Below, piece after piece: positions 48,201-55,052 of a stretch of 64,000 nt of DNA. The stretch's first letter is position 1. Each line of letters starts with the position of its first letter. A program made the translations under genes and the position numbers. Below the pieces are notes generated by a model that worked only from the letters and a program-made list of their open reading frames with translations, did not search any database and was not told the DNA's origin. The DNA is from a virus: positions 7,183 through 71,182 of IMG/VR virus record IMGVR_UViG_3300008952_002707, one strand, 5' to 3'.

Positions 48201-50971
48201 AGGATAAATTCTATACCACCTATACTAACTCCGATTTCTTAAAGTATTTTAAAATTGTTGATGACGATCTCTATGAAAAGAGATCTGGTGCCCTCAAGAT
48301 TATTAGAGATAAGGTAACTTTAAGTTGCGATGCCCTAATAAAATTCTTGCCCTATAAGGGGTTTTATCCTGCTGAACGGACAGCAGAACTGGCAACGATC
48401 TTCTCTCAGTCTTATGGTCCGAACATCATCCCGGCAATGACAGATTATGAGGCAAATCAGAATCAAGTTTTCCGGATTGTTACGGAGCCCCTTTTCTCTC
48501 CTGGAATTTTGCATAATACGGTGAAATCCGGATTGGCAGTATCTAATTTTGTTCTTACATATGGGGGCACCGGCAGCAACCATACGAGCAACGGACCCCC
48601 CATGGCTCTTACTATCCCGACGGCCACCACGGGAGGCGTTTGGACAACGGCGGGGCAGCGCACCGCTGATCACCAATGTACAGTGGGAATCCCGACCCGA
48701 GATATGCTGTACGCGCCGCAACCGAATGCCGAAACCCCAGCAGGGCAGTATTGTATGCAAACTGTTCCGTTTGAAGCATTATATGACCCCGAGAGCTTCT
48801 TTAACGTGGATACAATAGCAAACCTTAGTGGATCAACACCCCGGACGTCCAACCCCGGGGTCAACTCCTTCCCCAACGGAGTAATTTATGATACGGCGGC
48901 AACAGGAAGTCTGGCTTATTTGAACCCGGGTACAAAGAAACAGGTCGGCGTGGATCTATCAACCTTCCAAGGCTCGCCGACCTATAAATTAGCAATAGAT
49001 AACTTTTTAAGTGAAGTTTCTAGCCTTTTCGTGGATCAGTTCGCCCACTTTAAGTCCGACCGCGAAGAGAATTTTAAGTCCGTTAGCTCCGACAATGTTT
49101 ATATGATGACGTTGGAACTTTATCGAACAAAGCTTCCCGGCAATGAGACGACCATGGCTCAGCCCGATCATAAGAATTTCACGATGTATAATAATCCGCT
49201 TGGTTTTGGTCAAGTCGCTCTAAATGATAGTCTTAGTGCATATGGTGGCTCTTCCGCGCATGTTACTCCTCCTTATTACGGTGCACCAGCTACAGTTACA
49301 TTTAAATATACACCTGGCTCAGGAGTAACGGTACCCACAATAGATGAAATTTTTGCCAACACTACGGTGACCTATTATAGGCAATCCCTCTATTCCACCT
49401 TGAGCATTAACACAGACACTTATTACTCTAGGATGCAAGTTAGCAGCTCTTGGAATCTTTTCGAGAGACTGACAGAAGTCCCTCCCGGTACTGTCACCCA
49501 GAAGAGCCGGTGGCTTTTGCAATCCAAAATGGAGACACCGGTGCTTAATTTTGCTCATACCGCCATGGTCCCGGCGCAATCAGCCTCCTCTGCCCCCTTT
49601 GGCGACGTCGTTAACGCAGCGACTCACAACTACGGCGGAGCTTCCCCTGGCATTCGTGGTATGTGGCACCAATATGGGTCCATCCCCACTGGATCCGCCG
49701 AAGGGGTGTTCGCGATTATTAACCCATATCCCACGCTAGGTAGCGCGGTGGAGGCTCCAACCGGAGGTACCCCTACCGGCTCATTGGCGAACATTTTGGG
49801 ATTCCAAGCCGGAGTTCCGCTGCGTATTGGGTCCACAACGAAAGAGGCAAAATTTGAAGAAGCTGTTGTCGCAGTTCCATACCGTGTCAACTCCAACGTC
49901 AGAGAATTTATTAAATTCCCCAGAATCACACCTTCTTTGGTCACACTAAGAGCCGCCATGGATAAGTATGTGTTTCCTCCTAAGTTTGATTTTACTCGAT
50001 TTGATACGGTTGAAACAATAATGATGTACGTTTTTGAGTTCTCAGCAGACCTCACGCAGACGGACATAGCTAATATGTGGCAGAACCTGCCTCCCTCTAT
50101 AGCAACAGAATTTAAAACTCAAAATGCTGTCGTAGAAGAGAAAGAGTTGATCGATTCAATTATAAGTAAAGATAAAGATATTGAGTGGATGGTATTTAAG
50201 GTTAAGAAGCGCGCCAGATCTGATTTTGAACTCGTACGTCGCTCCCAAGTGACAAATGATCTTACGTCGCTCCAACCTCGAATAACAACTCCCTATTCTT
50301 ATAACTGGCCCTACGACTATTTCTCCCTGGTGGAACTGGCAAAAATTACAGAGGGAGTTGATTATATATCAGCTGATCTTAAGGCAGGAGCGAACATTTC
50401 CGAACTTGAATCTCTGGACGTAGACCGTACGGTAATATCAGCCGACTTCGGCGCAGCATCGTACGGCGCCGCCTACACGGGCGGAGGTGGCTCCGGTGGA
50501 CCCCAAGGGGCGGCTTCCAGCGACGTCGCCCAACAAAGTGCGCCGCGGAACAACTATGGTCCTGGGTCTTCGGGCAAACCACCACCACAGAGCACCTACC
50601 CCGGCTCAAGCACAATTCCTTCGAGCAAAGGCGCAGCACAGAGCGTCTTCAACGTAGCTTCTTCGGGTAAAGGCGCCGCACAGAGCACTTACCCCGGCTC
50701 AAGCACAATTCCTTCGAGCAAAGGCGCCGCACAGAGCACTTACCCCGCTTCGAACCCCTACGCACCAGCTTCTTCAAAACCGAGCATCCCCCAACAGAGC
50801 CAGCACGCGGCAGGACCGGCTACCTATTTGCCGGCTTCTTCAAAAGGGTCATCTGGGGTTTCATCTCAGGGCGCTAGCTATGGTGGGGCTACGAACTATG
50901 GCTCCAGCTATGAAGGCGGCGGCAGTCAGGCTCCGCCTCCAACGCAATATCCACCACCAGGTAGCTTCTAA
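39227..50971 (+). CDS. Giant baseplate wedge/receptor-binding protein (gp7/P2 gpI-like core with several LamG domains), 3914 aa
   Basis: IYKSKGTEKSFRNLIRCFGI (gpI-like KGT); at least 4 LamG units (WQHYAVT, WYNVVLT, WVHIAITYDG, WTHVVATF; WNxEL..E..Y..G); low-complexity C-terminal tail. Confidence 0.8.
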   Translation: MSIKKYFEVAENIQSLSNKSAHEIASQVESAGYHEQDLIQEERFISRVDFSKPQNFARWGSAEEYYNEALKRIYEGYPYDGSLRERSEWHNESIDIDLYVFENRYPRTTGYVILSADGWGTGNLVDGYGVPATPEYIYVKGGPNPHQVKEAPYTIQFTGSNYYEPSKNRGSNLSLNLASNGASLEFWLKKSAFLEESPREVIFDLWNGENSSSADYARFRLELTGNLTDGSTPFLLTAMSGTTGFYRQNISSTSITSTSVGNDTWQHYAVTLKSASAGVTTRFYVNGALDKESTLGSTGINDVDSTALRAYVGALVTAVSGTTTPSSTKAADGKLSASLDEFRYWKTQRSSEEIGRFWFTQVGGGVNTDPVPFTTTEESSNVNLGVYFKFNEGITGRAATDSVVLDYSGRWSNGAWTGYTSNSRNTGSAIISSSAAVREFEDPIIYSFHPRVELLSTQLQLSGSTYDVNNNASLFKTIPSWISEEDEEGSGDVKKLTQILSSYFDSLHLKIESLNKLKDIRYLSGSAEKPLPFAEKLLSNYGLVAPDLFLDADILEKLLDRSEDKVYEKSLHDIKNIIYQNIYNNLNYIYKSKGTEKSFRNLIRCFGIDDELVKINMYANDVTYELQNNRRNVVVADKFVNFNNSDNTKATVYNYADPTNSNSVSYIDANSSLTGGFATTLETEVLFPLKISEDSPSYVNTNIISSSLFGVHGTTLSATKTTWPGDDTVNFQVYAVRDELYSDNVKFVLTSSTGGYIPKLSSSLYQQVYNNTRWNLAVRIKPETYPMKGLINSASSNYVVELHGIQAEAGVILEEFTVSASITAPRPSFVTGSKRVFVGAHRSNFTGSTVLDMTDVKVNACRYWLDYVDDEALRGHILDTENYGALQPHLYAFEFDTSASYGDVTKYDTLVFNWEFLTNTGSSAGGTFMVDDLSSGSADFTRFGSLGGILNKQYTASGSFFLPSSTKSIDKDFVISSKLNLPENVRAEDMVKVLNAQEQDVFTTESRPVNYYFAFEKSMYQVISEEILNSFANLKDFHNLIGDVVEQYRPEYKQLAFMRQKFFENVANQELDFEKFYEYYKWFDSSLSLMLGQLVPASADFSNNVRTMVENHVLERPKYRNKFPILQRKGGNDITGAVEGGGDGTAMGSPDDFPQGSLLFANTSLTKRQIGSSRTPQINSWKHFHAPIRETSLGPTKSLLFDESDDTNVTAGTAAQWQTDLADAYTNGVSVSFWFNISSFASGTEQVFNLGMIKTSYPYYQGIQMFLYDVATKPSVYVQVHTAGWSVSNSTNVRSSGLNLGTWYNVVLTIPAAAINGTGGDTPNMYINGGVDMPYSHADSVVNWTTMDLGARGVTIGAKPAGSGLSNNSFDGYMCDVAVWNKELTSAEVTEIYASGERTNLSLASCVGNLLSWWKLGSGTGDTYNGAMSNEVVGGPSGTPNAFASSAAIASVSPPAVSPYDPAAQHILDMAWRNKNIYWQRYRSGSAEPKPTVASNTVRKDLLTAIKKSYDRSVNTPVKFGAEGYVTFGGVARPPNNKPNYTFAHCSPYGPMVSGSNVPINIMVGFNEGVEELIDSPDEYYPTFKQRLGFGMNPTINIDEVDSTTAFDGNLYAPFSMYSSSVETGYNATVVTTYKSGTMLTNLHNDFVDSHDTPAQGPFTEKFVGGRFFRHTEPNAGSDTRTTRAEGFRLELGTIAPGKAGALGVVPPNYPFSDTLESELTNDAGTVLGWLKDVPIAQRFRDETAKRPLNIKNILMTTASVGTRLSGTITHNPIGNYQKNYQVISTGGRMINDPFFQDQSFDFALTPQLPISRLTSTRVVNTKAISIDGGDYYTFSAPSAMNTNTAETWSFWLNCQDITNGGNLLVAGAAGAGSYISILTAAAGSKLKFVADFSTDDGDWRTDSAVTTGDVWVHIAITYDGSSTSNDPVIYVNGERVAITELTTPVGTRVAWSGSPTLGYNKSSGFEGYVSDAAFYNNILLPVQVSAIYGNGTLDLINSGPSPENLIMWWRCGDGATDTAATIVDQKGNANLTAGGSPTLVDITPADCFRATAPLGPLNSVARNAFALPDRAGSNSNQTIIVNHFSAPGEYKTLSRGYLDPAHEELSAYNASPYRNRGVIDYGLSGSASADPSIAGSIRVVDQLGKNRGLNQLSTLHSDPYGIDSAYGVVTKPSAGTPGTTRIDGGGGYSITPSWTKTNRNRRRRMENTALQTAMAEGNVTGSVYDNLYVQHAIPQSEAQYAWVTASMAYGTSIFGLDTPTCTSASTMSQLLTASIGYVGGDFVGLRGKIIDNVNLTTHTLGFESPAITPFNYVSSATPNVGGSGSYVALGQSGDFEDWNDLIGGGHPSTINPITISMWIYPRGDNPDGSGRLFQFGDGSQRRLSWDNTSTSQISWRFLYGGGSTFVIRTPPGSVPLKVWTHVVATFGGGTAGDLKVYLNGLLSSGDSYYAKAVDAPTAGSPPILFNRITGIIAGGASYQAYDRGFYGNFANTAIWNRELNAEEVEALYNNGGRIELTNVASMRKNLLAWYRFNSDYGDSTATADTSTTATMRNQAVWDVYGSNPKIPVAATLATSYGTTVLTSSVILTDNKLTSGSSGDMGLSSSAYSNAYINSNVWWEAPTFVNEHDYLNALILNRGGPYGNPTWKQIRGMDRPVVRKMRENNLIGVAIDPVPFTNSVGTAQHPTRPNTFVDYYESPVENSKNPIYFYFEDNTTNSDSANNLIVTTPYGNELEHFSHAGLNTRLGLKVDLTQLDAYRSVKNFTMDSALSVLIKYSERIYPSTKNAYRKNIRGRTEYNIDNIWNNNREYRSIPLGSLSGAFVYSGSLGGAYSNIGVPTASIWPLDAHLDFATTGSALGTDGAGQLLNLYSRYSCSVVSDGTKRTNINAAPTYAYRTQYGWAASATGSGGQDPLYMGDAPWTAAETFGKPPYETYQSYADRIRSIGKDYSILPEFRISPLMSTYVDTHESNFLADLNNIFELTGAAVSSSVEDKFYTTYTNSDFLKYFKIVDDDLYEKRSGALKIIRDKVTLSCDALIKFLPYKGFYPAERTAELATIFSQSYGPNIIPAMTDYEANQNQVFRIVTEPLFSPGILHNTVKSGLAVSNFVLTYGGTGSNHTSNGPPMALTIPTATTGGVWTTAGQRTADHQCTVGIPTRDMLYAPQPNAETPAGQYCMQTVPFEALYDPESFFNVDTIANLSGSTPRTSNPGVNSFPNGVIYDTAATGSLAYLNPGTKKQVGVDLSTFQGSPTYKLAIDNFLSEVSSLFVDQFAHFKSDREENFKSVSSDNVYMMTLELYRTKLPGNETTMAQPDHKNFTMYNNPLGFGQVALNDSLSAYGGSSAHVTPPYYGAPATVTFKYTPGSGVTVPTIDEIFANTTVTYYRQSLYSTLSINTDTYYSRMQVSSSWNLFERLTEVPPGTVTQKSRWLLQSKMETPVLNFAHTAMVPAQSASSAPFGDVVNAATHNYGGASPGIRGMWHQYGSIPTGSAEGVFAIINPYPTLGSAVEAPTGGTPTGSLANILGFQAGVPLRIGSTTKEAKFEEAVVAVPYRVNSNVREFIKFPRITPSLVTLRAAMDKYVFPPKFDFTRFDTVETIMMYVFEFSADLTQTDIANMWQNLPPSIATEFKTQNAVVEEKELIDSIISKDKDIEWMVFKVKKRARSDFELVRRSQVTNDLTSLQPRITTPYSYNWPYDYFSLVELAKITEGVDYISADLKAGANISELESLDVDRTVISADFGAASYGAAYTGGGGSGGPQGAASSDVAQQSAPRNNYGPGSSGKPPPQSTYPGSSTIPSSKGAAQSVFNVASSGKGAAQSTYPGSSTIPSSKGAAQSTYPASNPYAPASSKPSIPQQSQHAAGPATYLPASSKGSSGVSSQGASYGGATNYGSSYEGGGSQAPPPTQYPPPGSF
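50586..50737 (+). repeat. 59-nt direct repeat (50586-50644 and 50679-50737, 2 mismatches, 93-nt period) encoding QSTYPGSSTIPSSKGAAQS
   Basis: Read directly; a third partial copy (QSTYPAS) follows. Confidence 0.9.
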
Positions 50972-51879
50972 TGGAATTTTTTAATAAAAAAGAAGAAGTG
51001 TTAGACTTTAAACTAACTGAGTATGGCAAAAATTTGCTAGCGCAGGGAAAGCTTAATCCTGCTTACTATGCTTTTTTTGATGATGACGTCATGTATGATG
51101 TCAGTGGTTCCGGATTTACGGAGAACCAAAATGACATTCGCGGACGGATACAAAGCGATACCCCCAAATTAAAAATAATGACTACGCGCACATCCGCCGA
51201 GACTCGGGTGACTGAATTCTTAAACAACCTTCAGACTGCAATTGGTAATTCTAACTCAGACCCTGCAGAAAATGTAGCTGTTTTCAAAGCTCAGCAGCCT
51301 TATGCCGAAAAGGGTAAGATGGCAGCGTATCCCCTCGGGCGTTCTTCCTTAGACTCGAATTATAATCCTGCATGGCAAGTGGAAGTCCTGTCAACACCTG
51401 AGATTAGTTCGTCTCAAAGATATCTCAACGACGATGACTATATCGACAATATACCTCAACTTGATATAAACATAGACTATGAAATACTTTTTAAGCAGGG
51501 GGCATATACCTCAGATGCGATTAGTAACTACTTTGAAAATAGTAATATTTTTTTGGCACTGAGAGAAAACTACCTTGTGCTAGAAATCTTAGAAGAAAAT
51601 ACTGATTTTGAAAAAGAAAATTTTGAAATTGAAGTCTCTCTTTCGCAATCCACAACAGGGTATACCCCTAAAGCATATATGCAAGAAAATCCCACCGTGT
51701 TTGTGCCGCCCTCGCAAAATAACGTGGAATACTATATAAACGTTCTGGTTGACGACGAAATTCCACAAAATGTATTACAGGAACTAAATATACCAGAGAA
51801 GGCTGTGTTTACAAATGCGTCAAGACTAAACCTCAACCGCGATTTGTACATGACCGAAGATTCGGAGCCATGTGACTGA
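50971..51879 (+). CDS. Virion structural protein (N-terminus related to 57811-58752)
   Basis: LTEYGKNLLAQGKL...YAFFDDDVMY. Confidence 0.6.
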   Translation: MEFFNKKEEVLDFKLTEYGKNLLAQGKLNPAYYAFFDDDVMYDVSGSGFTENQNDIRGRIQSDTPKLKIMTTRTSAETRVTEFLNNLQTAIGNSNSDPAENVAVFKAQQPYAEKGKMAAYPLGRSSLDSNYNPAWQVEVLSTPEISSSQRYLNDDDYIDNIPQLDINIDYEILFKQGAYTSDAISNYFENSNIFLALRENYLVLEILEENTDFEKENFEIEVSLSQSTTGYTPKAYMQENPTVFVPPSQNNVEYYINVLVDDEIPQNVLQELNIPEKAVFTNASRLNLNRDLYMTEDSEPCD

Positions 51880-54800
51880 TGACAGTTTCTAGTGGTCCTT
51901 TCCATGGACCAATACCCTTTCTAAATATCCAAGATGTCACTGTTGATGGCATGGACTCCCGCGTCGTGACGGTATTGCTGTCCAGCGAATTAGTATCTTT
52001 TACTAGTCAAATTGTGAAATTTGGGAATTTCGTATGGTTCACCGATGATCCCATTAAAGCTGCCGAGATGTGCCATGATCACCAAAAATTGAAACAGTTG
52101 ATACGAACATCGGGACCTAAGAATAAATTTATGTTTAATTCTCCTCAGTCGGAGTTCATTCGGGGCGACACTGTCGATCTTCAATTAGGACAGTATGTTA
52201 ACTCTCGCGATATCGTACGCACCTTCGGGGGTAAAGATGGCGGCTTGTCCCTTGCTTTAGCGAACTCTCCATCTTTGTACATCGTTGCCACGGCCTTTCG
52301 CCAACATAATAACTTGATAACGATCGGTAACGTAGTGCGGGAGACAATTTTAGAACAGAACAAGACCCCGTTAACTGCCGAACTATACAGTCTCCTAGAA
52401 ACAGTTCCCAGTTATGGACTTTCGGGATCTGTTTGGCCTGGTGCCGTCCACGAAAATGAGGCTTCTATTCTAGGTGGAGAACATATTCATCCGCATGTTA
52501 ATTCGTCGGATTGGACCACCCATCAAAATGATAGTGATGTTGGGGATAACAAACACAGGTCTTCTGGGCGCTATGTGCCCCATTCTCACCCAGCTGCAAC
52601 GGGGATTGGACCTTCCTCACCGGTGGGAGATACGACTTCCGTGGTGCTAATGGCTGGGAACAAGCATGTGCAACGCGCGCACCCGAAGCTTAGTTCGCAA
52701 ACCATTCTCAACACTAAGGTCATTGACAATAGGGTGCTCACGCTCGGATCAAATGTATCACCAACTTTTTATATTGAGGAAACAGATAACCCCTATCTCT
52801 CCCCGGTTCAGTTGTCTAGAAATAGCCAATCTATCATCAATGGAATGTTTTCGTTTAACATATCTAAATTTATAGAGGATAATACTAAACTAAAGGGAGT
52901 GATAAAAAATACAGAAAGCCTTTTAACAACAGTGAGACTGGAAGATATTGTTATATACCAGAAGCCTTCGGGTCCTGCACCCAAGGGAAACCAGCTTACG
53001 CCAGTAGGGAAAGTTAGCTGCGGCATAGGACAGGCGAGCAGATTTAAAAAGGTTGCTAGTTGGGGCGATGGATTGGAAGTATTGAATACAGATAACAATG
53101 GAAACAGGATTCTAGACATAACTTTTATGGATCCCACCTCGGCCGGGATGTCGTCTGGACATGTCGAATACAGGGTAGAGATTTTGTTATCGGATAGATC
53201 TAAAGAAGTAATCGAAAGGCTTGTTTCTATAATGCAAGCAAATATTAAAGAATGTGAGGACCTTTTAGTAACCCTCCTCTTTCGCCCACCTGGATCTCAA
53301 AATACCGGACCCGGACCCTATGGATCTTTAATAGAAAAGTATCTTACCACACTCGAATTTTTATTTGGTAGCGATGTCTTTAGCCCCTGGACTCGAACTT
53401 ATTGGAGTGAAAATTTGCTCGCCATGGCTTATTCATATAATGATGACGGACAAGCCCACAGGGAATATCGAAGCCGTCATTCTAAAATTATAGAAATGGT
53501 AAATACCTTTATTACCAAATTAAACAATCTTATTAAAAGTGCGCCCATGTCAACCGTACAAGCTACTAATTTTCATTCGAAGATCTATAATTCTAAAAAA
53601 GATAATACTTTGCGTCTGGTAAAGATCTTTGATGACAAATTACAAATTCAAGGATCGAACAATGTGGGTCTTGGATACATAGATAATAATGTAGCCTCTG
53701 AGACAGTTACTCCTAACATGCCTTTTGAAACATTTAGTGGTCGCACAATAGACGAAATTCAAAAATTTAATATAAGCAATCCGGAAGCAATGAACATTAA
53801 TACTTACGGGTACCTGTCCCCGTCATATGTGGGACTAGGCAACAATAGTGTTTCGACTACAAGCATGCAAGTAGACACAAGTCAAATGCTTCCGCTGATA
53901 AACTCCAGCCAATCCCCCAACCCGGGCTTCGACCCCGAACCCACCAAGCCCAATCCTATCAGTAAGCTAGAAATTCTTGCGTCTTCCGGAGTGAGCATAA
54001 CTGCCCTCAAGGTAGGACTGAGAAAACTAGTTAATGTGCCAGAGGTCGTAGAAGGAAACGAGGTTTCTTCCCATAATATATTCGGAGGGGACTCCACGTT
54101 CTTGCACGCCTCGACAGGTGTTAGTTCATTTTCTGGAAGTACCGAGCCCGAGACACTGGTTAGTAGTCAACAACAACACATAAACGCGTCCGCACCTCTA
54201 GTCCAAAATTTAGTAGATGAGACCGTCACTGGGTTCCAGCCTCAGACCCAACTTAATAATGCATCGATGCTTCAGGGCTCACTAATGCTTAATAGTGTTA
54301 CTCAGAACCCGGGAATCATCGCTGCTTCATCCCCGGTATCAGCTTTTGCTAGTTTTGGTCTCACGGCACAAGTACAATATTTAGCTCCTTACAACGAGTC
54401 GACAGGAGTGAATCAACAGAATTGGACAATCCTTGATCAAAACGCCTTTAATCAAGCCCAACAGTCAAATTCTTCAATGATCTGCCGTCTTACTCCGGTA
54501 GCAAACACTGTTGCCATGAATCAAAATATACAGATGGATCCGATGGCTTCCTTGTTTGTTCTGGGGAACGATAGGGCTATAGAAAGAGACGTTAGTACCA
54601 TAAAGGATATTATTGATGATTTGGCGGCATCCGACATGACACAGCAGAAGATCGACCAAATCGAAGCGTTGGGGAGAGACACAATCTATGCAAAAGTGAT
54701 CCCAGAGGTTGCTTATAGGTGGCACTCGGTCGTTCCAGGACAAGGTCTCGCCGGAGGACAAGCGACCGCTCAAGGTCTTCTGGCTCAACCCGGTCAATCC

Positions 54801-55049
54801 AGCGGGGCTACTTATGGGTCACAGCAGAACTATGGGACCCCAGTACCGGGCACCACCACGCCACCACAGGGCATATCTAACTACGGACCCCCAGCTGCCG
54901 GCTCAACTCCCGGAAGCAACGTTGCTCAGAACATCCAGGTATCGTCCGGACCCCCCACTCAGGTACCAAACGCTCCACAGCAACAATTCCAGTCTAATAG
55001 CCAAATGCTTAGGGTTGATCGACTCCTCACTCAGGGACACATGTTTTAA
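51879..55049 (+). CDS. Large virion-associated protein with His-rich loop and Q/P/G/T-rich tail
   Basis: 1056-aa ORF inside the tail module. Confidence 0.55.
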   Translation: MTVSSGPFHGPIPFLNIQDVTVDGMDSRVVTVLLSSELVSFTSQIVKFGNFVWFTDDPIKAAEMCHDHQKLKQLIRTSGPKNKFMFNSPQSEFIRGDTVDLQLGQYVNSRDIVRTFGGKDGGLSLALANSPSLYIVATAFRQHNNLITIGNVVRETILEQNKTPLTAELYSLLETVPSYGLSGSVWPGAVHENEASILGGEHIHPHVNSSDWTTHQNDSDVGDNKHRSSGRYVPHSHPAATGIGPSSPVGDTTSVVLMAGNKHVQRAHPKLSSQTILNTKVIDNRVLTLGSNVSPTFYIEETDNPYLSPVQLSRNSQSIINGMFSFNISKFIEDNTKLKGVIKNTESLLTTVRLEDIVIYQKPSGPAPKGNQLTPVGKVSCGIGQASRFKKVASWGDGLEVLNTDNNGNRILDITFMDPTSAGMSSGHVEYRVEILLSDRSKEVIERLVSIMQANIKECEDLLVTLLFRPPGSQNTGPGPYGSLIEKYLTTLEFLFGSDVFSPWTRTYWSENLLAMAYSYNDDGQAHREYRSRHSKIIEMVNTFITKLNNLIKSAPMSTVQATNFHSKIYNSKKDNTLRLVKIFDDKLQIQGSNNVGLGYIDNNVASETVTPNMPFETFSGRTIDEIQKFNISNPEAMNINTYGYLSPSYVGLGNNSVSTTSMQVDTSQMLPLINSSQSPNPGFDPEPTKPNPISKLEILASSGVSITALKVGLRKLVNVPEVVEGNEVSSHNIFGGDSTFLHASTGVSSFSGSTEPETLVSSQQQHINASAPLVQNLVDETVTGFQPQTQLNNASMLQGSLMLNSVTQNPGIIAASSPVSAFASFGLTAQVQYLAPYNESTGVNQQNWTILDQNAFNQAQQSNSSMICRLTPVANTVAMNQNIQMDPMASLFVLGNDRAIERDVSTIKDIIDDLAASDMTQQKIDQIEALGRDTIYAKVIPEVAYRWHSVVPGQGLAGGQATAQGLLAQPGQSSGATYGSQQNYGTPVPGTTTPPQGISNYGPPAAGSTPGSNVAQNIQVSSGPPTQVPNAPQQQFQSNSQMLRVDRLLTQGHMF

Positions 55050-55052
55050 GAT

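Noticed and set aside
50586-50746. Repeats as a CRISPR array or DGR template/variable repeat
   Set aside because: In-frame coding duplication with only two full copies, no spacers, and no reverse transcriptase in the window.
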